The notes beneath the pieces were generated by a model that saw nothing but the letters and a program-made list of their open reading frames with translations, searched no databases and was not told the DNA's origin. Source: Longimicrobiales bacterium (GTDB lineage Bacteria; Gemmatimonadota; Gemmatimonadetes; Longimicrobiales; Gaopeijiaceae). Taken from it: a DNA stretch of 64,000 nucleotides. The translations under genes and the position numbers were made by a program. The stretch covers positions 64,001 through 128,000 of the forward strand of contig JAWLHJ010000003.1 of assembly GCA_041690395.1 (NCBI GenBank), in the 5' to 3' direction. The first letter of the stretch is position 1. Each line of letters begins with the position of its first letter. This document shows, piece after piece, positions 8,792 to 16,741 of this stretch.

Positions 8792-9025
8792 ATGCAGGTA
8801 GGAGACGTGGTCCGCATGAAATGCGGTGGCGACCCGATGGTGGTCGTCGAGATCACCGGCGAGACGGCCACCTGCCGGTGGCCACATCCGAAGGGGCGTG
8901 AGCCGCTTGCGGACGACTTTCCCGTGGCGGCGCTGGAGCCGGTGCCGCCCAAGACCGATGTGGCTGAGGCCTGGTCGGCGGCCCTGAAGGCGACGGAAGA
9001 CTTCCTCCGCGGCGACCGACGCTAG
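8792..9025 (+). CDS. YodC / DUF2158-like small protein
   Basis: RBS GAGGAG; MQVGDVVRMKCGGDPMVV...ATCRW...FPVAALE resembles the DUF2158 pattern (GDxVxLKSGGPxMxV). Confidence 0.75.
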   Translation: MQVGDVVRMKCGGDPMVVVEITGETATCRWPHPKGREPLADDFPVAALEPVPPKTDVAEAWSAALKATEDFLRGDRR

Positions 9026-9048
9026 CCGGTCGCCGCGGCCCGAAGGCC

Positions 9049-10227
9049 CTAGCGGCCGACCCGTTCCAACACCGCCGCCAGCCGCTCCACCGTCCCGTCG
9101 ACGTCCATCAGCTTGTCCAACCCGAACAGGCCGATCCGGAACGTGCTGAAGTCGTCGGGCTCCCCACAACGCAGGGGCACCCCGCCGGCGATCTGCATTC
9201 CCTCCGCCGCGAACGCCCGCCCGGTCCGGATGTCCGGATCGTCGGTGTAGCTCACGACCACGCCCGGCGCCTCGAACCCTGGGGCCGCCACGCTGGGAAA
9301 GCCGTGCTCGGCCAGAAGCGCGCGCACCTTGCGCCCCAGCTCCCACTGCCGGTCCCGCACCACGTCCAGCCCGTGATCGACGGTCTCCCGCATGACGTCT
9401 CGGAACGACCGGAGCGCCTCGGTGGGCATGGTGGCGTGATAGGCGTGTCCACCGTCCTCGTACGCCTTCATGATCTCGTGCCACCGCCGGAGGTCGCAGG
9501 CGAAGCTCGTGCTCGTGGTTTCGGCCATGCGCTCCACCGCCCGCTCACCGAGCATGACGAGCGCGGCGCACGGAGGCCCGCTCCATCCCTTCTGCGGGGC
9601 GCTGATGAGCACGTCGACGCCGAGGTCGGCCATGTCGACCCAGATCGTCCCGGACGCGATGCAGTCCAGGACGAACAGGCCGCCCACCTCTCGCACCGCG
9701 TCGGCCACCCCGCGGATGTAATCGTCGGGGAGGATCATTCCCGAGGATGTCTCCACGTGCGGGGCGAAGACGACGTCCGGCTTCTCCTCCCGGATGCGGG
9801 CGACGACGCGCTCCAGGTCCGCCGGGGCGAACGGCGCCTGCCGCGCATCCCCGACCGGGGCCGCCTTCAGCACCGTCTCACTCGCCGGGATCCCGCCCAT
9901 CTCGAAGATCTGGCTCCAGCGGAAGCTGAACCAGCCATTCCGGATGACGAGACAGCGCCCTCCCGTCGCGAACTGGCGCGCCACCGCCTCCATCCCGTAG
10001 GTCCCGCTGCCGGGCACGACCACCACGGCATCCGCGTGGTAGACGTCCGCAAGCGTCCCCGAGATGTCCCGCATGACGTCCTGGAACGTGGCGGACATGT
10101 GGTTCAACGCACGGTCCGTGTAGACCACGGAATACTCGAGGAGTCCTTCGGGGTCCGTGCGTCGCGAGGGGTCGGTCATGGCGGTTCCAGTGGGTTCGGG
10201 TCGGGGATCTGCGGGCGGATCCGTCAT
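9049..10227 (-). CDS. Class V PLP aminotransferase (serine-pyruvate / alanine-glyoxylate type)
   Basis: PGSGTYGMEA, PHVETSSG, LDCIASG, PLP lysine in SAPQKGW, FRIGLFG; alternative start ATG 10179. Confidence 0.9.
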   Translation of the reverse strand: MTDPPADPRPEPTGTAMTDPSRRTDPEGLLEYSVVYTDRALNHMSATFQDVMRDISGTLADVYHADAVVVVPGSGTYGMEAVARQFATGGRCLVIRNGWFSFRWSQIFEMGGIPASETVLKAAPVGDARQAPFAPADLERVVARIREEKPDVVFAPHVETSSGMILPDDYIRGVADAVREVGGLFVLDCIASGTIWVDMADLGVDVLISAPQKGWSGPPCAALVMLGERAVERMAETTSTSFACDLRRWHEIMKAYEDGGHAYHATMPTEALRSFRDVMRETVDHGLDVVRDRQWELGRKVRALLAEHGFPSVAAPGFEAPGVVVSYTDDPDIRTGRAFAAEGMQIAGGVPLRCGEPDDFSTFRIGLFGLDKLMDVDGTVERLAAVLERVGR

Positions 10228-10361
10228 CGGAGTCCGCCGCGCACGATGACCCGGCGAGGGATTCGGCGCAACGGTCTGCGGCGTGGCCCGTGACGGGTCG
10301 CTCGCCTCCCCCTAGCTTCCTCCCTTCGGCGGTTCCTTCGGCTCTTTCCACGAGGCGGCAC

Positions 10362-11507
10362 TTGGCAGCGGAGACTACGGACGTCGTCGTCATCGGATCC
10401 GGCATCATCGGAGCGTCCTGCGCGTGGCATCTGGCGTCGCGGGGGGTGCGCGTCGTCGTCCTCGAGTCCGAGGGGAGTCCCGCCATGGGATCCACGGGGA
10501 AGAGCGCGGCTGGCGTCCGCGTCCAGTTCACGACGGAGCCGAACGTCCGTCTGTCGATGTTCTCGGTCCCCTTCTACCGTGGCTTCGAGGAGCGCTTCGG
10601 GACCGACATCGGCTATCGGCCGATCGGGTACCTCCTCCTGGCGACGGAGGACCGGTGGGCGCGGCACATGGCCTCGGTCGAGTTGCAGCGCTCGCTGGGG
10701 GCCCCCGTCGAGGTGCTCTCGCCCGAGGAAGGCCTTCGGTACGTCCCGTACGAGGTCGAGGGGCTCGCGGGCGCCACCTACGGGCCGTGGGACGGCGTCA
10801 TCGATCCGCACATGGCGACCCAGGCGCTCGTCTCGATGGCGCGCGAGAAGGGGGCGCAGTTCCGGTTCCAGTCGCGCGTGACGGCGATCGAGGCGTCGGG
10901 GCTGGGCGGTTGGCGCGTCGAGACCGCCGGAGGCGCGATCGCGTGCGGACACGTGGTGAACGCCGCTGGCGCCTGGTCGGGTCAGATCGCCGGCCTGGCG
11001 GGGCTCCACGTGCCGGTCGGACCGAAGCGGGTCCAGATGTTCGTGAGCGCGCCCATCGAGGATACCCGGACCTATCCGTTGACCGTGGATCTCGCGTCGG
11101 GCGCGCACTTCCGCTCGGAAGGCGACCGCGTTCTCCTCGGACTGGACAAGCTCGACCAGGAGCCCGGGTTCTCCGAGGGGATGGACTGGGACTGGATGGA
11201 GCAGGTCCTCATGACCGGCGTCGAGCGCTTTCCGTGGTGGGAGGACCTCGGGATCGACCGGAAGAAGAGCTGGTGGGGGTACTACGAGGTGTCTCCGGAT
11301 CACAACCCGATCATCGGCGTTCACCCCGACACCTCGACGTGGATCGACGCGTGCGGCTTCTCCGGGCACGGCATCATGCACGCGCCGGCCGCGGGGCTCG
11401 CGGTGTCCGAGCTCGTCGCGGATGGGCGCGCGCACACGCTCGAGATGGAGCCGTACCGGCACGATCGGTTCGGCGCAGGGGTCGCGCGCGAAGCGAACAT
11501 CTTCTGA
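10362..11507 (+). CDS. FAD-dependent oxidoreductase, sarcosine oxidase beta / glycine oxidase (DAO) family
   Basis: VVVIGSGIIG Rossmann motif, GSTGKSAAG, VVNAAGAWS, SPDHNPIIG, GFSGHGIMHAPA; TTG start at 10362 inferred. Confidence 0.9.
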   Translation: MAAETTDVVVIGSGIIGASCAWHLASRGVRVVVLESEGSPAMGSTGKSAAGVRVQFTTEPNVRLSMFSVPFYRGFEERFGTDIGYRPIGYLLLATEDRWARHMASVELQRSLGAPVEVLSPEEGLRYVPYEVEGLAGATYGPWDGVIDPHMATQALVSMAREKGAQFRFQSRVTAIEASGLGGWRVETAGGAIACGHVVNAAGAWSGQIAGLAGLHVPVGPKRVQMFVSAPIEDTRTYPLTVDLASGAHFRSEGDRVLLGLDKLDQEPGFSEGMDWDWMEQVLMTGVERFPWWEDLGIDRKKSWWGYYEVSPDHNPIIGVHPDTSTWIDACGFSGHGIMHAPAAGLAVSELVADGRAHTLEMEPYRHDRFGAGVAREANIF

Positions 11508-11523
11508 TTCTGAGGAGCCGGAC

Positions 11524-11748
11524 GTGGACGATCAGGGATTCGGCGCGATCGCCGGAGTGCTGTGGATCGTCATTCCCGGCTTCTTCGTGGGCCTGTTCGT
11601 CATGGACAGCGTCCGGAAGATCTTCTCCGAGGACGAGACCCTGCTACGGCGCCTGTTCGAGAATCAACCCGTCACGGCAACGGCGACCGCGACCGCGCTC
11701 GGATCGGTGCTGGTCTGGGCCGTACTGAGAGCGCTCGGCCTGATGTAG
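11524..11748 (+). CDS. Small membrane protein (two predicted TM helices)
   Basis: RBS GAGGAG before GTG; hydrophobic segments AIAGVLWIVIPGFFVGLFVM and ALGSVLVWAVLRALGLM. Confidence 0.6.
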   Translation: MDDQGFGAIAGVLWIVIPGFFVGLFVMDSVRKIFSEDETLLRRLFENQPVTATATATALGSVLVWAVLRALGLM

Positions 11749-11767
11749 GGACCGTCAGCTCGTAGCG

Positions 11768-11962
11768 TCAGCTCTCCGACGCCTGCGCCCTCTTCCTGCG
11801 ATCGCCCGAGGAGCGGCGGTCCCCGGTACGCCGATCGGAGAGGACTCTCCGGTCTCCCCGCGTGCCCATCGGCCCACGGCGTCGCTCTCCGCGGCGCCGA
11901 CGCTCGCCGTTCACTCTGCGGTCTCCGTCGCTGCGGCGTTCACCGGCTCTCTTCACGAACAT
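11768..11962 (-). CDS. Small Arg-rich protein with eight [GS][DE]RR repeats
   Basis: ATG at 11962 with GGAG RBS; 64 aa MFVKRAGERRSDGDRRVNGERRRRGERR...GDRRVLSDRRTGDRRSSGDRR. Confidence 0.6.
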   Translation of the reverse strand: MFVKRAGERRSDGDRRVNGERRRRGERRRGPMGTRGDRRVLSDRRTGDRRSSGDRRKRAQASES

Positions 11963-12026
11963 CGGATCGACGTCTCCGGGCTGGCTGGATCGATGGGGTC
12001 GGGCGGACTGACGCCCCAACATGCGA

Positions 12027-12069
12027 CGAGGCCCGACCGCCGTCAAAGGATGACGATGGTCGGGCCTCG
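12027..12069 (-). terminator. Strong hairpin downstream of the 12098-13717 gene (terminator or mRNA stabiliser)
   Basis: CGAGGCCCGACC..CGTCA-AAGGA-TGACG..GGTCGGGCCTCG (12 + 5 bp stem); no clear U-tract. Confidence 0.55.
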
Positions 12070-12097
12070 CGCTCGAAGGATAGGCGGACGATGAGCC

Positions 12098-13717
12098 TCA
12101 GATGGACCCGCCGCCTCCGGGCCTACGACTCGGGCTCCGCGGGGCCGGGGCGCTTCCGCCCGACCCGCGAGACGGGCTCGGACGTGCGCTGGGCGACCGG
12201 CTCGACGAAGGCGCCGGACGTGCGCTGGGCGACCGGCCCGACGAAGGCGCCGGACGTGCGCTGGGCGATCCGCCTCCCGACGGCCGTCCGGACGGAGCCG
12301 GACGCGCCGACGGCGTGCGCGAAGACGGCGCCGGCCTCGAGCGTGCCGCAGGCGGTCGCGTGCTGGACCCGCCCGACGGTCTGGCCTGGGGCTCGGGCGC
12401 GCGGCGCGTGACGCTGGGTCGTGCGCTCCGGTCGGTCCGGACCGGCCCGGTCGACGGGGCCGCCCGCTGCGGACGGCTCGGCGTCGCCCGGGCGCTCGGA
12501 CGCGTCTGGGGCTCGGAGCGCGTCCGTGCCGACGGACGCGGCTCCGTCCGAACGCTCGGCTGCGGGCGAGCCGATCCCGGCTGCCCGGCCGAGGGCGCCG
12601 AGCGCGGAGTCACGCTCGGTCGCCGGTCGTTCCCCGCGCTGGGCGTGGCCCGCGCGGACGGCCGCTCCTGACGAGACGGCGCGACCCTGGCCGACGGGCG
12701 CTCCTGGCTGCTCGGCGTCGCCCGGGCGGACGAACGATCGGTCCGCCCCGGAGCCACGCGAGCCGACCCGGCGTCTCGCTCGGACGGCGTCACGATCCGC
12801 CCCGAGGGGCGGGCCGATCCGCCGGCCCGTGCCGTACCGACGCTGCTCGCGGGTCTCGCCCTGGCCGAGCTCGGCGCGCGGTCGGCGCTACCGACTCTCG
12901 AGGCACCGGCGCGGGTGGTCGGAGCGATCCGACCGGACGTCCGGCCGGCGACGCCCGCCGTACGATCCTGCGCGATGCGCGTGCTGCTGGGCTGGGCTCC
13001 CGAGGTCCCGACGCGACGCACGGCCGTCCTGGTCGACGACGCGTAACCGGGATTCTCCTTGTAGCGAGTGGAGCCCCAGGCGAGTGGGGACGGACGGTAC
13101 GCGGCCACGCCGCGACGGCCGCCGTAGGCGTAGACGCTGCGGACGGGGCGCGGCGAATACCAACGGTCCCAACGGCCGTCGAAGTAGCCGTCACGATACC
13201 CGTCCCAGTAGTTCGCCCACGGATCGTAGGCCCAGTACGGACCCCAGGGGGCCACGTAGGGGTCGCGCACGTAGGCGTAGCGGTACGGCCGGTAAACCGA
13301 GTAGCTCCCCCAGACGCCCCAGCGGTGCCGCCAGCTGCGCGCCCGGTAGGAGTCACGGCGATACGGACCGAAGGCCACGCAGTCCACGTACCAACCCCCG
13401 TACGGATCCCAGTAGCTGTCCCAATACGAGTCCCAGCAGCTGGAGCTGGCGACGTACGTGCGGACGACCGGCGAATAGTGGTAGCCGGAAGAGTAGATCC
13501 CGTACCCCGACGAATAGTGGGTACCGTAATAGGTACCCAGCGACGCGTCGACGAAAACGGATCCGCCATCGTAGTACGATCCGGTGCTGATCCCGACCCC
13601 GGTGAAGAGCGGACCGGTCTCGAACGCCACTGAGACGTGACTCTGGCCCGATGCACCGGCCGGCGTCAGGACGACGCTCATGGCCAGGAACGCGATGGAT
13701 CTTGTCAGGGTGCCCAC
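12098..13717 (-). CDS. Secreted protein with Tyr/Trp/Gly-rich N-terminal half and Arg/Ser/Pro/Ala low-complexity C-terminal half
   Basis: GTG with strong RBS AAGGAGGA; signal peptide ending A-S-G/Q; YWDSYWDPY-type repeats; PSARPAPSS repeats. Confidence 0.8.
   Translation of the reverse strand: MGTLTRSIAFLAMSVVLTPAGASGQSHVSVAFETGPLFTGVGISTGSYYDGGSVFVDASLGTYYGTHYSSGYGIYSSGYHYSPVVRTYVASSSCWDSYWDSYWDPYGGWYVDCVAFGPYRRDSYRARSWRHRWGVWGSYSVYRPYRYAYVRDPYVAPWGPYWAYDPWANYWDGYRDGYFDGRWDRWYSPRPVRSVYAYGGRRGVAAYRPSPLAWGSTRYKENPGYASSTRTAVRRVGTSGAQPSSTRIAQDRTAGVAGRTSGRIAPTTRAGASRVGSADRAPSSARARPASSVGTARAGGSARPSGRIVTPSERDAGSARVAPGRTDRSSARATPSSQERPSARVAPSRQERPSARATPSAGNDRRPSVTPRSAPSAGQPGSARPQPSVRTEPRPSARTRSEPQTRPSARATPSRPQRAAPSTGPVRTDRSARPSVTRRAPEPQARPSGGSSTRPPAARSRPAPSSRTPSARPAPSGRPSGGGSPSARPAPSSGRSPSARPAPSSSRSPSARPSPSRGSGGSAPAPRSPSRRPGGGGSI
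12180..12268. repeat. 36-bp coding tandem repeat (about 2.5 copies) encoding SPSARPAPSS(G/S)R
   Basis: GGACGTGCGCTGGGCGA at 12180, 12216 and 12252. Confidence 0.85.
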
Positions 13718-13751
13718 TTTGTCCTCCTTCGATGAGTCCGCCCCCGATCAA

Positions 13752-13768
13752 TGCAGGGGTCGTGCCAG
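13752..13768 (-). promoter_or_regulatory. sigma54 (RpoN) -24/-12 promoter for the secreted low-complexity protein
   Basis: Minus strand CTGGCACGACCCCTGCA matches YTGGCACG-N4-TTGCW with one mismatch and exact GG-N10-GC spacing, about 35 bp upstream of the start codon. Confidence 0.7.
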
Positions 13769-14167
13769 GCGACCGTGCGTTCGTAAGCGCTTGTCACGCA
13801 AGAATTTGTGTGTATCGTTCCGACGCCTGGGGACGCGTCCTGTCCCACGGGGCGGACACGCGCCGTCCCAGAGAGGACACGCGTCTCCTGCGGGCGCGCG
13901 CGCCGCGCGCCGAGCTCCCTCCGAGCCGCTCCGGAGCGTCCGTCCGGCGGCGGTCGTCGACGCCACGAGAACGCCCGACCTTGCTCCGCGGAGCGTTTCG
14001 TCCAAGATTCCATCCGTCCAGCCGACGTAGCATGTTGGCGCCGACCCGGCCCCCTGGCCGGTCGGATGGGCCCGTACCGCGCCCTCTTGGCGCGCGGAGT
14101 ACCTTCCGACGGATGCCCGTGCGCGACCTTCCGCGCCGGTACCGCATCCGGCAACCCGGTTTCGACA

Positions 14168-15475
14168 GTGTCCGACTCGCCAGACAATCAGCAGGGCGGC
14201 GGCTCGCGCAAGCCCCGACGCGGCAACCGCCGCCGTCGCGGACGGCGCAACAAAGGCCCCCGCAACAACCAGGATCAGGACAACCGCAACGACAACGAGG
14301 GGCAGATCGACCTTCCGGATGATCCGGAAGAGTTGATGGCCATGTCCCGGCCACTCGGTCTCCTCGAGGTGCTCGGGAGCGGATCCGGATTCATCAGACG
14401 GCGGGAAGCTGGATACACGCCGAGCAACGACGACATCTACGTCGCGTCACGCATCATCCAGAAGTTCGGATTGCGGACGGGCGACGAGCTCATGGGCATC
14501 GTCGGAAACGCGCCGAGGCCCAACAAGAGCGCTCCGCTGGCCCACCTCTCGCTGGTCAACGACCATCCGCCGGAGCAAGCCAAGAAGCGCCCCGACTTCC
14601 AGCGTCTGGCCGCGGTCCATCCGGACGAGCAGCTCGTCCTGGAGTGCGGCCGGCAGCTTCTCGGCGAGCCGGACTACACGAACCGCGTGATCGACCTCTT
14701 CTGCCCGTTCGGAAAAGGGCAGCGCGCCATGATCGTCGCTCCGGCCAAGGCCGGTAAGACGATGGTCATGCAGTCGGTCGCCCAGGGGATCGTGACGAAC
14801 AATCCCGAGTGTCACCTGATGTTCCTCCTGGTCGACGAGCGGCCCGAGGAAGTCACCGAGATGGAGCAGTGCGGCTTCGGCGAGGTCATCGCGTCGACGT
14901 TCGACCGACCGGCCGAGCGGCACGTCCAGGTGGCGGAAATGACGCTCGAGCGGGCGCGCCGCAGGGTGGAGCAGGGCGAGGACGTCGTGATCATCCTCGA
15001 CTCCATCACCCGGATGGCCCGCGCCTACAACACGACCGAGAACGGGAGCGGCAAGACGCTGTCCGGCGGGCTCGACGCCAACTCGCTCGAGAAGCCGAAG
15101 CGATTCCTCGGGAGCGCCCGGAAGATCTCCGAGACGCAGACCGGAGGTTCGCTGACGATCATCGCGACCGCGCTGGTCGACACGGGATCACGCATGGACC
15201 AGGTGATCTTCGAGGAGTTCAAGGGGACCGGTAACAGCGAGCTGGTGCTGTCCCGCGAGCTGGCCGACAAGCGGATCTATCCCGCGATCGACCTCTCGGC
15301 CTCCGCCACGCGGAAGGAAGAGTTGCTCCTCGACGACGACGCCCTCCGCATCTCGCACGCCATGCGACGTCAGCTCGCGGGCATGAGCCAGACCGACGCG
15401 ATGCTCGAGCTACTCGGCGCCATGCGGAGGACCAAGAGCAACCGCGAGCTCATCGACTTCGCCCGCGGCCGCTGA
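14168..15475 (+). CDS. rho: Transcription termination factor Rho (short form with R/N/Q-rich N-terminus)
   Basis: RNA-binding domain GFIR...DIYV...FGLRTGD; PFGKGQR; APAKAGKT; LVDERPEEVTE; LDSITR; GSLTIIATALVDTGS; FEEFKGTGN; TRKEELLL; GTG start at 14168 inferred. Confidence 0.95.
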   Translation: MSDSPDNQQGGGSRKPRRGNRRRRGRRNKGPRNNQDQDNRNDNEGQIDLPDDPEELMAMSRPLGLLEVLGSGSGFIRRREAGYTPSNDDIYVASRIIQKFGLRTGDELMGIVGNAPRPNKSAPLAHLSLVNDHPPEQAKKRPDFQRLAAVHPDEQLVLECGRQLLGEPDYTNRVIDLFCPFGKGQRAMIVAPAKAGKTMVMQSVAQGIVTNNPECHLMFLLVDERPEEVTEMEQCGFGEVIASTFDRPAERHVQVAEMTLERARRRVEQGEDVVIILDSITRMARAYNTTENGSGKTLSGGLDANSLEKPKRFLGSARKISETQTGGSLTIIATALVDTGSRMDQVIFEEFKGTGNSELVLSRELADKRIYPAIDLSASATRKEELLLDDDALRISHAMRRQLAGMSQTDAMLELLGAMRRTKSNRELIDFARGR

Positions 15476-15995
15476 CCGCTTCGTCCAGACGGCCGAGGCT
15501 CCGCTCGAGCTCGGCCGTCTGGGCGTCTTCCATGAAGAACCCCCAGTAACCCATGAGTGGGTTCCGGCCGAGGTTGCCCTCCTCGTGCCAGTCGACGCGA
15601 ACGCTGTCCTGGACCGCCGTCAGCGTGAGCGTGCCGGCGGTCCGCATCGCTCCGCCGCTGACCTCGACCTCGTAACGGACGCGCTCGGGCTGCACGGCCT
15701 CGACGATCCTGAACGACCCCTCGCCCAGCTCGGGATCGTTCCAGGTGATGGACGCGCCCGCCCCCCGCTCGGGACCCGAGCGGACGAGCCCCGAATCGGG
15801 CCATGCCGTCCACGCTCGCCAGCCTTCCGGTGAGTCGAGCAGGCCGTAGACCGCATCCGGCTCCGCGGGGACGACCCGGGACGCGCTCGCCTCCCAGTCG
15901 GTGGGCAGCACGACCCCCAGGGCGAGGACGCCCAGGAGAAGCATTGCCGCTCCGCCCAGGATCTTGGTACCCAGGCTGAAGGGGGACACCGTCAC
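15450..15995 (-). CDS. SRPBCC (polyketide cyclase/START-like) family protein with N-terminal membrane anchor
   Basis: TM helix followed by ASRVVPAEPDAVY..LDSPEGWRAWTAW..GAGASITW..GEGSFRI; terminal amphipathic helix LERSLGRL. Confidence 0.75.
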   Translation of the reverse strand: MTVSPFSLGTKILGGAAMLLLGVLALGVVLPTDWEASASRVVPAEPDAVYGLLDSPEGWRAWTAWPDSGLVRSGPERGAGASITWNDPELGEGSFRIVEAVQPERVRYEVEVSGGAMRTAGTLTLTAVQDSVRVDWHEEGNLGRNPLMGYWGFFMEDAQTAELERSLGRLDEAVSGRGRSR

Positions 15996-16741
15996 CGAGC
16001 TCCGCCCGGGGCGGCGGCGGTGTCGGCCCGCTCGCCATGGACGGCTTCGAGGGCGCTCGTGAGCGCGGGCATGATGTTGCGTGCCATGCGGCGGTGTCCT
16101 TCAGGAGTGGGGTGGATGCCGTCGGACTGGTTCAGCTCGGGAACGCCGGCGACGCCCTCGAGCAGGAAGGGAACGAAATGCGTGTCCCGTTCCTCGGCAA
16201 CCCGGGCGAAGACCTCCCTGAACGCGACCGTGTAGCGCTCCCCGAGGTTGGGGGGCGCCTCCATGCCGAGGAGCACGATACGCGCGTCCGGGTAATTCGC
16301 CCGGGTTCGGAGTACGATGTCGTCCAGATTGGCCCGGAGCTCGTCGACGTCGAGGCCACGGAGCCCGTCGTTGGCGCCGAGCTCGAGGACGAGCACGTCG
16401 AGCGGGCTCCGGAGCACCCAATCGATGCGCCGTACGCCGGCCGCGCTGGTTTCACCGGAGACGCCGGCGTTCACGAGTCGGAACGGGAGCCCTGCGGCGG
16501 CGGCGAGTTCCGCGGCGTGCGTGGCGTAGGTATCGTCCTCGCTCGGGAGGCCGAGCCCGGCGGTCAGGCTGGTGCCGAAGAACACGACGGTCGGAAGGTC
16601 ATCCTCCGGCACCTCCGTGTTCAGAACGGGGGTGGGATCGCCGGCGGACGCATCGCCGTCGCCGCCGACCGGAGGTGGAGCGTCGCCGGGGCCGCAGGCC
16701 GCGACGACGAGAACGAAGCATAGAGAACCGAGGATGCGCAT
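15992..16741 (-). CDS. tesA: GDSL/SGNH arylesterase (TesA-like), lipoprotein
   Basis: FGTSLTAG, VNAGVSGETS, LELGANDGLRG, NQSDGIHP; lipobox VAAC. Confidence 0.9.
   Translation of the reverse strand: MRILGSLCFVLVVAACGPGDAPPPVGGDGDASAGDPTPVLNTEVPEDDLPTVVFFGTSLTAGLGLPSEDDTYATHAAELAAAAGLPFRLVNAGVSGETSAAGVRRIDWVLRSPLDVLVLELGANDGLRGLDVDELRANLDDIVLRTRANYPDARIVLLGMEAPPNLGERYTVAFREVFARVAEERDTHFVPFLLEGVAGVPELNQSDGIHPTPEGHRRMARNIMPALTSALEAVHGERADTAAAPGGAR

Noticed and set aside
10228..10361. Glycine or other riboswitch between the aminotransferase and the FAD oxidoreductase
   Set aside because: Only a short hairpin (GGCCCGTGACGGGTC) is visible; no conserved aptamer motifs were recognised.
12180..12268. 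36-bp repeats as a mini-CRISPR or mobile repeat
   Set aside because: They are contiguous in-frame coding repeats with no spacers, inside a low-complexity protein.
13808..14167. 120-aa N-terminal extension of Rho given by the ORF track
   Set aside because: Arg/Pro/Cys-rich, non-coding-like composition overlapping the divergent regulatory region; GTG 14168 is more plausible, though unproven.
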